From Octopus bimaculoides (taxonomy: Eukaryota): a DNA stretch of 64,000 bases. Within the stretch, counting starts at the first letter, position 1; each line of letters starts with the position of its first letter. Below the pieces are notes generated by a model. That model saw nothing but the letters and a program-made list of their open reading frames with translations, was not told where the DNA came from and searched no databases. This document shows positions 1-11,599 of this stretch, in pieces. Made by a program: the position numbers and the translations under genes. Location of the stretch: NCBI RefSeq assembly GCF_001194135.2, contig NC_068981.1:134451292-134515291 (forward strand). The letters run 5' to 3'.

Positions 1-513
1 TCTTTCAATTCACATTAACATATATTCATGTATACAAGTGGATCATTGAATTGAATTTCTTGGTACTAGTTAGAAAAGATCACTAAAATTAGACTACTAT
101 TTAATCTTTTAAAAATCAGTATCCTTTGTGAAATGATTTGAATTTTATTGGTATTCATTGATGTGTATGTATTTATATATAAATGTATGTGTGTGTGCAT
201 GCATGCGTGTGTATGTATATAGGCACTCAGCACAGTCTTCTGACCTGTCAGATCCTGTCAAACCATCCAACCCCTGCTAGTATGGAATATAGATGCTAAA
301 TGATGGTGTCACTGATATGTACATATATTTATGAGTATTGTTATGCAGATATATATCAATATTATTAATTAACTACAGGCATGCATATGTGTTTAAGAAC
401 CTTGGGCAAGTGTCTTCTCTTACAGCCCTGGGTCAAGCAAAGCTTTGTAAGTAGATTTGGTCGATGAAAACTGCAAGAAGTTTGTTATATATATGTAGAT
501 ACATATACACATA

Positions 514-658
514 TAGATGGTAGCATTTTTTGCCATTCTAACATGGCTGTTCTATACAGAACTATGTTACTACATTTTAAAATGGGGTTAAAATGTAGTA
601 ATATAGTTCTCTATAGAACAGCCATGATATAGTAGCAAAAAAAAAATGTTACCATCTA
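514..658. mobile_element. Palindromic MITE (Tc1/mariner-like, TA flanks)
   Basis: About 65-70 bp arms (TAGATGGTAGCA...TACATTTTAA / TTAAAATGTA...TGTTACCATCTA) are near-perfect reverse complements around a 7-nt loop, with TA at both ends. Confidence 0.75.
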
Positions 659-889
659 GTATTGTTACTATTTATATCTCATTTAGAAATTTTAGAACTA
701 GCTATTTTGCCTGTTAAATATATATATGTGTGTGTGTGTGTGTGTATTTCCAGAGAAACACTCAACCTGAAATTTGGACCTTCAACACTGTTGGGTTTCA
801 GACCAATGCCAAAATTCTTCAAGTGTAGAAAATCCTGGTTTCACTATGGTCACACTGTTATGTGGGTTCGGCAAAGAGTAAATTATAAT

Positions 890-1085
890 CCAAATTATTT
901 ATTTCAGTACCTACTCTGCTTGCAACACCAGTTTATGCAAAAGTTGAAAGTGAAAATTTATGTAATGTTTGCAATTTTAGACATTAGAGTGGCTCTTCAT
1001 CAGCAAACATTACATAAATTTTCATTTTGAATTTTTATGTAAACTGGTTTTGCAAGTAGAATTGGTACAGAAACAAATATAACAA
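890..1085. repeat. Long inverted repeat / palindromic MITE-like element
   Basis: Perfect 22-bp IR at 951-972 / 1003-1024 (TGAAAATTTATGTAATGTTTGC) around a 30-nt loop, extending imperfectly about 60 bp further on each side. Confidence 0.7.
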
Positions 1086-1148
1086 ACCATTAAAGATGTG
1101 TTAAAAAATTTATTTGTCTTCTTATTATTTGGATCATTCATTCATTCA

Positions 1149-2525
1149 TCACTGTAAATAAAGATAGTGACCTGAGAATATTACATCAGGCTTAGGAAAA
1201 TATGGCAGTTGGAACTCTACTCTTACAACAAAACAATATCCCACAATGTATTTGCAGTACCAGTGCTGATCCCAACATTTGGGATACTTGATTGGTCTGT
1301 AGAGGAAATCCACTCCATAGATATCAAAACTCGCAAAATCCTGACAACAACTGGGAACTTCCACAGAAACAGTGATGTTGATAGGCTCTACCTAAGAAGA
1401 AATGAAGGTGGTAGTGGTCTGGAATCAGTGTAGACTGCCGTATGGTATCGCTCAGGCAGCACCTGCTAAACAACAGCAGCAAAAATAAATATATTAATGC
1501 AGTCGTGAAAAGTGTACAAGTTAGCAGTGAACTCAAGAAACACTCTCTTCCTGATGATCTCCTATACAGCTCCAAAACAACTGGGCTCCCTTACCGCAGA
1601 GAAGACCTGGATGGAAAGCACTCAGCATACAAAAAAAGACCATGCATGGGTATGTTGCCTGGAAGCTTGAAGAAGACAGTAGAATTGACACGAAGCACAG
1701 CCTCTCCTGGACACAAGACCACTACGTCACATCACACTTTAAAGGCTATGCGTTTGCAATCCAGGTACAGGAGATTGCCACAAAGTATCTGGTGAACAAG
1801 AGAGACAGTGATGCTTTTGTAATCCCAAGGTGCAACCATATGTGTAGGCTCTGTCATGTTTCTGTGAAAGACATTATGCATGTGATTAGCAGCTGCTCTA
1901 AAATGTTGTTGCTAAAACAATTTACAATGCTATCCTCAAAAACGACTGTCCTGAATTAAACTTAGAAAATCCCTCTGTTATGGAATACATTCATAAACAC
2001 AGACTCTAAGAATACTGGTGGAACATTCCCATCTAAACTTCTGTCAAATGTAAGCATAACTGGTTGGATATTGTTGTTTGGGACAGAGGGGCAAAGGTAT
2101 GTACCATCATAGAGGTTAGCTGCCCTGCAGATATAAATATCTCTTTGAAAATCAAAGAAAAAGAGGATATTCATGGACAACTGCTTCGAAAGCTCCAGCT
2201 TCTATATCCAGACTATGAATTCATATTCATACCAATAATAATTGGAGCAGTAGGTTTTGTTAGTAAATGCTTAAAGGAGAATTTGGATAAACTGGGATTT
2301 TCAGAAAGAGAAATTGACCACCTAATTCGTTCATTACAAGTCCATTCTGTGAGTGGAACAGTAAAAATATGCAAAGCTTTTTTCAAGTTCCAAATGTGAA
2401 TTTGTCTGTGTTAACTACATCCCAAAGATGGAGCCTTGTATCTTTGTTGGAAACCAGCTCCCTCCTCAGTGGAAGATTTATAATAATTAAAAAACTTGAA
2501 GAGACATACATACATACATACATAC
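1149..2525 (+). mobile_element. 5'-truncated, frameshifted R4/Dong-like non-LTR retrotransposon (RT C-terminus, CCHC knuckle, restriction-like endonuclease)
   Basis: Broken frames give FAVPVLIPTFGILDW...DIKTRKIL...DRLYLRRNEGGSGL (post-RT/thumb region), CRLCHVSVKDIMHVISSC (CCHC), and DIVVWD...IIEVSCP...KEKED...IPIIIGAVG (PD-(D/E)xK RLE). Stop at 2399, then a short 3' UTR and a (CATA)n tail at about 2506-2525. Confidence 0.85.
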
Positions 2526-2612
2526 AAAAATTAGCAGTTTTCCTGGAATCCCTTCTCTACCCATGTTCTTGCCTGTAGCTGTCAAGTGGAACGTCAATGA
2601 CATATATCTCAC

Positions 2613-2669
2613 ACCAGTTTCAGAAGCCTTGTAAAGAGTGATGGTCATCACTCTTTCCTTTAGAGCAAC
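2613..2669 (-). CDS. Possible 57-nt internal exon (VALKERVMTITLYKASETG), product unknown
   Basis: Strong acceptor CATTTTCTCTTCTTTTAACAG, donor GTGAGA, length divisible by 3 and open in phase 0. No partner exons identified. Confidence 0.25.
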
Positions 2670-3169
2670 CTGTTAAAAGAAGAGAAAATGAATACATCCA
2701 ATGTATATTCAAATCAGATAACACTATTAAAATTATAAATAAATGTTCTATAATTCATAGCTAAATTTAAAATATTATGATTAACAATAAAAATATCCTT
2801 GACTATATAAATATGTATTTATCTGAAAGTTTTGCAGATATGTATATACTGCTGAATTCTTACATGTTTTTTTACTGTTTCCATAGTAACAGATATTTAT
2901 TAGTTATTTCTTCAAGTAATTGGTAGACAAATAAATACATTAGCCTACATTACTCAAACATAAATCTGAGATTATACCTAATTTCTAAAATCAAATAGAA
3001 ATACCATCCAAATCTCCCTTAAATGATAGCTTACCATCTTAAAAAAGAAGGGACATATTGAATAGTGCAGCCTCGATACATAATATCTGAAAAAAAAAGC
3101 CATTTACTAATGTTGATTGTTACATTATAAAGCTACAGATTTTTAATATACTCAGAGTTATCTTCTGTA

Positions 3170-3214
3170 TCTCCTACTGAGGAAGGCTAAAGAGCCAGAA
3201 ATGCATCTAGGAGA
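3170..3214 (+). ncRNA. Minimal type-I hammerhead ribozyme motif (Penelope-type)
   Basis: Stem I TCTCCTA (3170-3176) / TAGGAGA (3208-3214); core CTGAGGA (3177-3183); stem II GGCT-AAAG-AGCC; GAAA (3198-3201); palindromic ATGCAT stem III; NUH = AUC, with predicted cleavage after 3207. Confidence 0.7.
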
Positions 3215-5091
3215 CAACTGGAGAGTGACACTAAGCAGATAAGGTGATTTTACACCTTTTACCATAAGCGCAAATTTTTTTTTTCTCTGTTTAAGCTGCA
3301 GAGAAATGACTTTTAGAACTTAAAATATATCACAAACATATTTGAACTAAACTAAAGTTTGTTTATTTCTCCTCACTGCTTAACACTACTACAACTATTA
3401 CTGTGTGTATGCATTTGTGTGTGCCCTTGTCTAGACATTCCATGATGATTGTAAATTATCTTCACTGTAATTCAAGCAAAGTTGTTCATTTCCAGCCTTC
3501 TGTAGAAAAAACATGTCTAGCAATAGGAAAATATTACCTTGTCTGGAAACAGGTGAACGTTGGCAACAGGAAGGATAACCAACCATAGCAAAATCTGCCT
3601 CAACAAATTCTGTCTGATCATGCAAGTGAACATTAAATGATAATGTTTCCTTAAAGGCAATGGAAACAATTGCTTTTGCATTCTGATTTAATTGATTGTT
3701 TGGGGTTTTTTTTTTTTCATAGATTCTAATTCCATCTCAAAAACACCCATCACTGGTATTTAGGATGTTATGCACAGCATTGCTAATTTTCATGTATTCT
3801 ATGTATTCTAATATAACAAAAGGTTTCTGTTGGCTCTTAAGTTTATGGAGAAAAACATTTATTTCTTCTTGACTACTTTTGCTGACCATTATTTATTTAT
3901 TTACCACACTCTCATAACTTTTACATTTATTTTCTTAATGGTTCCCAATACTTTTTTTTTTTTTGATCATCTCATTTTCACCATTTACCAAAGTACTCTA
4001 ATGTGATGGACATTCCAGCCTGACAAGTTACACATTCACTCAACAGGAACCAAAGAATGCAATGCTTTTATAAGATCTATTACTCTTGAAATTTCCAAAT
4101 GTTTTCTATTTTTAGATTCTTTGATTTCTGTGTTGTAGTAACAATCTTATCTTTTATCAGATAATGATTCCTTGTTTTCTTTTTCTGATTGGTTTTATTT
4201 TTTAAATATTTATACGTTATTGCTTTAAAATAATCAGTACAAAAACATAAAATATAAGACATTCTTATTTTTAAACCAAACAATATTTGTACAAAAATGT
4301 TGACACAGAAATATATATTAAAGTGAATCATTAATTGCATGTCTAAATTAATGTGAATTAAATGATTTTTTTTTTAGCAAAAAAAGAAATCTTTAGAATT
4401 AAGTACATATTGTCCCCTACTGGACAATTATTTCTTCATATTTGACAGGGTTATACATTTAAATTTGAAATAATAGAACTTTTAAAAATGCATAAAATAT
4501 GCACATTTCATTTTTTTTTTCTAGTTTTTGTTGTTTGCTTATTACAAAGTTCTTAAAATTTCTTGTCATTAATTATGTATTGCACTATTTCATTCTTCTT
4601 AGAAATCATCAGTATGACGTGACTCAAGATGTATATATATATATATATCTTTAGTTTTTCTTTTTTAGTTTCTATTCAAATCTGAATTAATATCAACATT
4701 CTTTCATAAAATGGTGGTGTATATATTCGTCAACTTATGGGCTCATATTTGACTACTGCTGAATTCCTGTTATATTTTTAGTCTAGACACTTAATTCTAC
4801 TTGTACTTTAGACAAAATTTTCTGAGGAAATTTTCTATGCTATGCTATTGATTACTATTTCATTTTTTGGGAAATTTATCTTTCAATCAGCTTAAAGTTT
4901 CAGATACTGTATTTAATCACTGCTCCTGCCCACCTCAGCGGCTTGTGAGGAGATTAACTCCTTTTATAACATTGTTTTATTTTATTTGAAAATATATTTC
5001 TTTTACTACTAATCTCACTTAATATTGTCTATATGGATAATTTCTCCTCTGTGAAATATAAAACTGCTAAACTTCTTATTTAATTTAATTT

Positions 5092-5092
<1 letters not shown>

Positions 5093-5150
<58 letters not shown>
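5093..5150. repeat. (CT)n microsatellite
   Basis: Direct dinucleotide run. Similar (CT)n tracts occur at about 32479-32550 and 50712-50780. Confidence 0.95.
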
Positions 5151-5151
<1 letters not shown>

Positions 5152-5463
5152 TTTCATCATGTGATTGGTGTTATGCTTATGATATATAATCAATAGATAT
5201 GAAGATTGACCATTTTTCCAATACTTTCTTCAATATCTTCACATTTTTATCAACATTTTTTCCATTTCTGTATATTTTCCCTACATTTTTCAAAATAGAT
5301 TTTCTCTATTTCTCTGTCTTTAATCACTGTGAAACCTGACTCTATTTCTGGAATAGCAATATTTTATAGCTTCTTAAGTTAGCTTTTAATCTTACTACTA
5401 TTTATTACTCTTTCTTTGTGTTTACAGTAGCTATTTGTAAAATATATATTTATATTTATTATT

Positions 5464-5845
5464 TTAACAGTGGAATTCAATGTTGATAAAGTATGTAAAA
5501 TATTAGGTTAAAACCCTTGATAAAGCATGTAGAATAATGGGTTAAAACCCTTTGAAGGATACTCATGGGACCTGAACCCTTCAAATTTTCTTTATCCATT
5601 CTTTTTTTACCAACAAGAATTGTATATTGTTTAAATAATAGGTCCTTATTATTATCTTTTTTTTTCTAGAAATTTTGAGAAGCATGAAATAAATAATTTT
5701 AATGGTGGAACTCAATGTAGATAAAGCTATAAATGAATAGCATGTAGAATATTAGGTTAAAAACCCTTGGATAGAAAAATTCGCAAGCTGCCTGTAAGAT
5801 TTGAACCTTCATGTATGTGGTGCTAACATTGTAACATTACACACT
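5464..5845 (-). mobile_element. Two diverged tandem copies of a tRNA-headed SINE-like repeat
   Basis: Direct repeat TTTAA(C/T)(A/G)GTGGAA(T/C)TCAATGT...ATTAGGTTAAAACCC at about 5464 and 5698. The - strand carries B-box-like GGTTCAAATC and GGTTCAGGTCCC. Confidence 0.45.
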
Positions 5846-6844
5846 CACACGTGCGCATGTGCGCGCACACACACACAAAAGTCAGAGGTTGAATTGTGTG
5901 AATTGAATGAGAGAGGAATGCTCAATACATGTTGTAAACCATATGGCTTATTGAAACTGATTTTTTATTTCACAACTCAAATTTTACATTGTTGCAATCT
6001 TCAGATGTAAATCTCAAGTCAAAAGATAAAATCTCACTTTAATAAACCCCTACCATTTATCATTCTTGATAAATGTTTCAACAGTGTGTACCATTCCAAA
6101 CCACAATGGCAACTGGGGGAAAAATGGTAAAGCATTAGCTACATGAAGACATTATTACCACCTGTGTAACTACTTCATTAACAGCAGAGTGCAGTGTGTG
6201 TGTGTGCGTGTGTGTGTTTGTCTCTCACTACTTGGCAGCCAGTGCAGAATTGTTTATAAACCCCATAACTTTGCAGTTCAGCAAAGGAGTTAATAATATA
6301 ATTACCAGACTTAGAATAAGTACTAGTGTCACTTTGATTGACTAAAATAAAAACTTTGAAGCCAGTGCTCAATCATAACTGCAATCAAATGGTTGAAACA
6401 AGTAAAAGAATGAAAGAAAGAATCTACATATTGCTCAAAGAAACAAGAAGTGTAAATTCTTATTCTGTTACGCACATAGTTATGATGTTATACTCCTAAA
6501 TATGTTCATGCATAGTTAGTATTTAATGATGTTCTCTAGACATTTTAAACACCTACAGCACAATATTCTTATCAAGTATATGGTTATGCATCATTATTGC
6601 TCGAAGAAAAGTTTACTAAGAAACTTTAAGCATATATTCAATTTTATTTTATTCACTGGCGATAAAGAACAGTTACACTAAGTTATGTATAGTATATTGT
6701 AATCATTGAAGAAGAGGATTTTTTTTTTTATATCCAAGTTAGATATTTATTCAAATTTTAAAAAAGAATGTAATAATAATGACATTTTTACATCTTATTT
6801 CTCTATTATCCATTTGTACTTTTTTGCTTCTTTTAGCCTTTATA

Positions 6845-7330
6845 TTTCATCATCATCATCATCATATGTCTGTTGTCCATGCTGGCTTGGATTAGACAGT
6901 TTGACCAGAGCTGGCAAGCTGGGGAGCTGCTCCAGGCTCCAGTCTGATTTGGCATGGTTTCTATGGCTGGATGACCTTCCTAATGCCAACCACTTTACAG
7001 AGTGTACTGGGTGCTTTTACACAGCACCACACAGGCACTTTTACGTATCACCGCATGGGAGCTTTTATGTGGCATTGAATGGGTGCTTTTACATAGCACT
7101 GAACAGACATTTCTACATGGCACTGCACAGGCACTTTTATGTGTCACCACTATGAGTGCTTTGCACCACTAAAGGAACCGGTCTTAACACTTCTGCTGTG
7201 GAGTATGGATGTTCTTGAGTACAACAAGGCACCATTCATCTCAGTCTTTTATCATCTCACCTGAAAGGTTCAGTGCCACACAGTGGGGTTGATCCCTAAA
7301 TCACATGGTTGGGAATCGAACTTTCAAACT
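6845..7330 (-). mobile_element. RTE-tail-related repeat ending in (GAT)n, containing a 24-bp minisatellite
   Basis: (CAT)n-...GTCCATGCTGGC-...GGATGACCTTCCTAATGCCAACC pattern, shared with copies at about 8865-9240, 25330-25560, 26620-26765, 44385-44720, 47835-48035, 55790-55930, 58835-59050, 60185-60360 and 62440-62700 (-), and about 3420-3660, 10325-10445, 53000-53175 and 63480-63610 (+). Confidence 0.7.
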
Positions 7331-7592
7331 TCTTAATCACAGAGTCATAATACTTGCATCTCTACTAGTGACTAAAATCAGTAAATTATGTAAAAATTTA
7401 GATATAAACACATGACTAGCTTATAAACCAGTCATAACATTTTTTGTCATGTCACTATTATTGTGTAATGTTCCATTTAACCAACAGTTTTAGTAAACAG
7501 TTATGTTTTGTTATAAAATATTCAATGGTATTAACAAACTAGTTATTTATCCATTAATCAAAAGTATAATAGTTATTTATCATTGAATCCTG

Positions 7593-7660
7593 ATGGCAAA
7601 AGCATCTGCTTTTGCCAAAAGTATTCAATTTACCAAACAAACACTGTATAGTTCAAGAAG
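7593..7660 (+). CDS. Candidate first coding exon (MAKASAFAKSIQFTKQTLYSSR, phase-2 end)
   Basis: ATG in CTGATGG context with an in-frame TGA just upstream, open reading to AAG|GTAAAG. Confidence 0.3.
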
Positions 7661-8546
7661 GTAAAGTTTTCTTATCAATACCTATACACAAGATAGTGTT
7701 TAATTCATGATTGCTTGTTCTTTTTTATTGTGCTAACTGGGTTGTAATTTTATATTCATTCAAATATTTTCCAATAAGATATTATAGGACTATTGATTCT
7801 ACACTTAATATATTTTTCTGGCTGTGAATATTCTATGGTTACTTTGGCCACATGTCAATTTCACCATTAGTTTAAGTGTGGAACCTTCTGGATACTAGAA
7901 CTCTTTTAATTTGAGATAATGGCAAAAATGTAGCGATCTTTTGAAATCTCATATTTCAAATAAATAAATTAAAATAAACTTTTAAAATTCAGCAAGGAAG
8001 AAATTTATCATCCATTTGTATTTTATCATAACAGTGCATTAAATTAAGACAAATATTATATAACAAATTTGTTGCTTGACCTGACTGATTTAAAATAAAA
8101 GAAGTTCCAACTGGAGCCTCTCTGCTTTGTTTTTCAGATATAGTGTCAGGACTACATTACATAATGTGTCCTTTGTTATTTTTTTTTTCTATGATGGTGA
8201 TCCAAGGGAACTTTGGTTGCACTTTTTAAGCATGCCAACATTTACAGTTGGTTCCCCAATTTCTTTTCTTTTTTTCAATTTTTTTTCCTATAACCAGTAA
8301 ATAGTATAAAACTATTCACATGTTTATTTTTCAAGTTTCCATCAAATTATTTTAACTTGTTTACTCTAGACTAGAAATACTTTACTTTTGACTTGATTTT
8401 TAGTACTTTGCAGTTCACAAATAAGTTTCTTGTTTTGCTACAGAATCACACAGAAATATGGTCAAACTATTTGAACCATCACACATGTTGCCAACCAAAA
8501 TGAAAATTGTTTGCCTGTAAAAACTGAATCATTACTGCTATAACTT

Positions 8547-8769
8547 TTAATCCTTTAACATTTAAACTAGCCATGTCCAGCCTAGACATTCTATTTCTTT
8601 TATGTTCAAACCAGTTAGATTCAGCCTCTCAATTTCCCAACAATGTCATTCTAAAAGTCATTATTACATCATTGAAATCTCAAAGCTATGAGGTAATATA
8701 TGATTAAATCAAAATGATGAATAAATAAGCATTACATTTGAAAGAGTAATCTGAATGCTAAAGGGTTAA
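8547..8769. mobile_element. piggyBac-type MITE (TTAA TSD, CCCTTTAGCATT-like TIR)
   Basis: TTAA-TCCTTTAACATT ... AATGCTAAAGGG-TTAA. Same family at about 13860-14076, 47152-47378 and 55012-55218. Confidence 0.75.
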
Positions 8770-8864
8770 AAGTCAGTTGGGATCCAAATTTAGTTTCTGC
8801 ATTTTTTACAACTAAGTACTGTTATATTTCATATTATTAACTGCTAATACTTAGTAAATTCATT

Positions 8865-9240
8865 CATCATCATCATCGTTTAACGTCTGCTTTCCATGCT
8901 AGCATGGGTTGGACGATTTAACTGAGGACTGGTGAACTGGATGGCTGCACCAGGCTCCAATCTGATCTGGCAGANNNNNNNNNNCTGAGGACTGGTGAAC
9001 TGGATGGCTGCACCAGGCTCCAATCTGATCTGGCAGAGTTCCTACAGCTGGATGCCCTTCCTAACAACAACCACTCCAAGAGTGTAGTGGGTGCTTTTAC
9101 GTGCTACCGGCCTGAGGGCGAGTCCAGCGGCACTGGCAATGACCTCGCTCGAATGATTTTCTAACGTGCCACCAGCACAAGTGCCAGTAAGGCAACGCTG
9201 GTAACAATCACACTCAAATGGTGTTATTTACAGGCCACTA
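8865..9240 (-). mobile_element. Young RTE-tail-related repeat copy spanning a scaffold gap
   Basis: CATCATCATCGTTTAACGTCTGCTTTCCATGCTAGCATGGGTTGGACG head with CpGs retained. N gap at 8975-8984. Confidence 0.75.
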
Positions 9241-9321
<81 letters not shown>

Positions 9322-9769
9322 TATAATGTGCATATATGTATATATGTATGTGTATATATAAATGTCCAACCTATGCCAACATGGAAGATGAATGTTAAAG
9401 GTGATGATGTTCTTAATTATCTTCCTTACGTACCTTGAAGGCTTTTTGACTTATATTTTAGAAGTTTTGTACAATAAAATCTATGGGTATACAAGAAGTT
9501 TTATAGAGTTCTATGATAGAAAGATATTTTTTGTTTTGAAATTGACAAGCAACTGAGATTTTGTAAAGTATTTCTGTTTTTTTTTTTCTTTTTCTTTTTT
9601 CTTTTTTTTTTTGTTATTCCAGACTGTCTGAATTACATTGATGGCATCTTTATAATGTCTAAGATGTCAAGATAAAAAACCAGGCTGTTTCACTTAAAAA
9701 ATCTTAAGTCTTATATTGCCAAAATATATTTTCAAATATAAACTTAGAAATTGTGTTCACAAATTTTAG

Positions 9770-9796
9770 TCCTCAGAATGTGGTGTATTATGTGAG
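9770..9796 (+). CDS. Candidate 27-nt symmetric micro-exon (PQNVVYYV in phase 2, or SSECGVLCE in phase 0)
   Basis: Acceptor AAATTTTAG, strong donor GAG|GTAAGA, length divisible by 3, open in two frames. Confidence 0.3.
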
Positions 9797-10843
9797 GTAA
9801 GATGATAAAACTGCCATGAACCTCATAGAATGTAACTATAAACATTCATGATTAAATTACATTATTATTTTATTGTAAATTCTGTTTGCAAGTCTAAACT
9901 AATTTCTTGTAATTTGTTACTAAAATCATGCAAGAATTCCTTGAGTTTAGATATTGTGTTATTTGATTGTCTTCTCCTTTTGGACTTGGCATTTAATACT
10001 CTTCTTTCAAAGTGAATTTATAATGTACAACTTGGCACAGGTATGGTTTTGTGGTTAAGAAGCTTGCTTCCCAACCATGTGATTTGGGGTTCAGTCCCGC
10101 TGCACAACACCTTGGCCATGTGTCTTCTACTATAGCCCAGGACCAACCAAAACCATGTAAGTGGAATTGGGAGACAGAAAGTGTGTGTGCGCATGTACAT
10201 ATAGATAGATAGATAGATAGATATCATGTGATGGTTGTAAATGAGCATCGTTGTCATACTAGTGAGGTTGTTTGATCCACCCTTCCTTAAAAAAATGTTC
10301 TAGGAAAGGAAAATGCTACCTTTAAATAGAAACAGATGAGAGTTGGCAACAGGAAGAGCATCCAGCCATAGAAAATCTGCTTCAACAAATTCCATGACCC
10401 ATACCAGAATGGAAAAGTAGACATTAAATGATGATGATAATGAACTTGATGAAAGCCAAATTCTCTGAAGTTTAGGTTGATTATTTCTTTTCCTCTCATA
10501 AAGAGATGTTCTCTTTTCATCAGTCTCTGCTGGCCTGCCAGGGTCATAGACACAGACCCTTGCTTTAGACCAAACTAAAGTTGAGTGTTATTTTGAAGCA
10601 GAGAAGTTCATGTTCTTATCGACTTTCAATAATATAATTTTCTTTCAAATGTATTAATATTTGATTTTCAGTTTAGCATTTTAGAAATTTGTTTCTTTGA
10701 AAGAAAGTTTCACTTTGGATAAATAGCAAATAGATCTACAACATATGATTATTTACATAATCTAAGATGGCATCCTTGAAATTAGTTGCTATTGTAACTA
10801 TTGAATCTAGTGATAGATCAATGCAGAAGATTCACTATTTCAG

Positions 10844-10936
10844 GTAGACTTGGATTTTGACTTAGAAAAGGTAGAAAATGAAGTAAAGTTATCAGGTCAC
10901 ACTGACATTCAGATTTACACTTCGGCTGCTTTCCTT
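10844..10936 (+). CDS. Candidate 93-nt exon (VDLDFDLEKVENEVKLSGHTDIQIYTSAAFL), product unknown
   Basis: TTCACTATTTCAG acceptor, CTT|GTGAGA donor, 31 open codons with protein-like composition, non-repetitive sequence. Confidence 0.4.
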
Positions 10937-11509
10937 GTGAGATATAATTAAAGAATTTCTCTTTTAATCTTTGAGATTAGACTTATTTCCTATATGAAGC
11001 ATAAAGACTTCTATATGATTAAATTTATTTTGTTTCATTTAGCAGTTTCCTTAATGAACTCATTCAATTATTAACAGCATTATTTTAAATTATATTACTG
11101 AGAGAAGAATATCTTACAATTTGTTGTTTTTTTATAAATTTTTGTTTGGTTCATTTTACACTTCAGCTATTATTTCATTCGTACAGAAGTAATTAAATTT
11201 TCAATTTTGTACTAAGTTCTGTTATCCAAAGAAATACTGTTTCTAAATGATTCTGTTTTTATCATTGTTACAAATGTCCCTCCATTTATGCTTCCCTGGT
11301 TCCTTGTTACATTTTATTTGCTACGTTATAAGATTTTTGTTTTGTTTTGTTTCTAAATTAATGATAAAATTGACTTGCAAAATTTTAAAGAAACTTAAGA
11401 AACACAACAAATAGAATTTGTGTATACACTTACATACTGCATGCTTACATGATTAAATTTTTATCAATAATATTGTATCATATTGTTAATATTAATTCCA
11501 CTTATTTCA

Positions 11510-11598
<89 letters not shown>
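11510..11598. repeat. Compound (TATC)n(TA)n microsatellite
   Basis: Seen directly. Confidence 0.95.

Positions 11599-11599
<1 letters not shown>

Noticed and set aside
7009-7170. Regularly spaced repeats as a possible CRISPR array
   Set aside because: The 24-bp units are contiguous and degenerate, with no unique spacers, no cas genes, and a eukaryotic context.
8922-9040. Direct repeat of about 50 bp (CTGAGGACTGG...CTGGCAGAG) on both sides of Ns
   Set aside because: It straddles the 10-N gap, so it is most likely a contig-overlap assembly artefact.
10490-10530. CTGATGA followed by a 7-bp stem on the - strand as a hammerhead
   Set aside because: GAAA is absent at the required position and there is no stem I partner.
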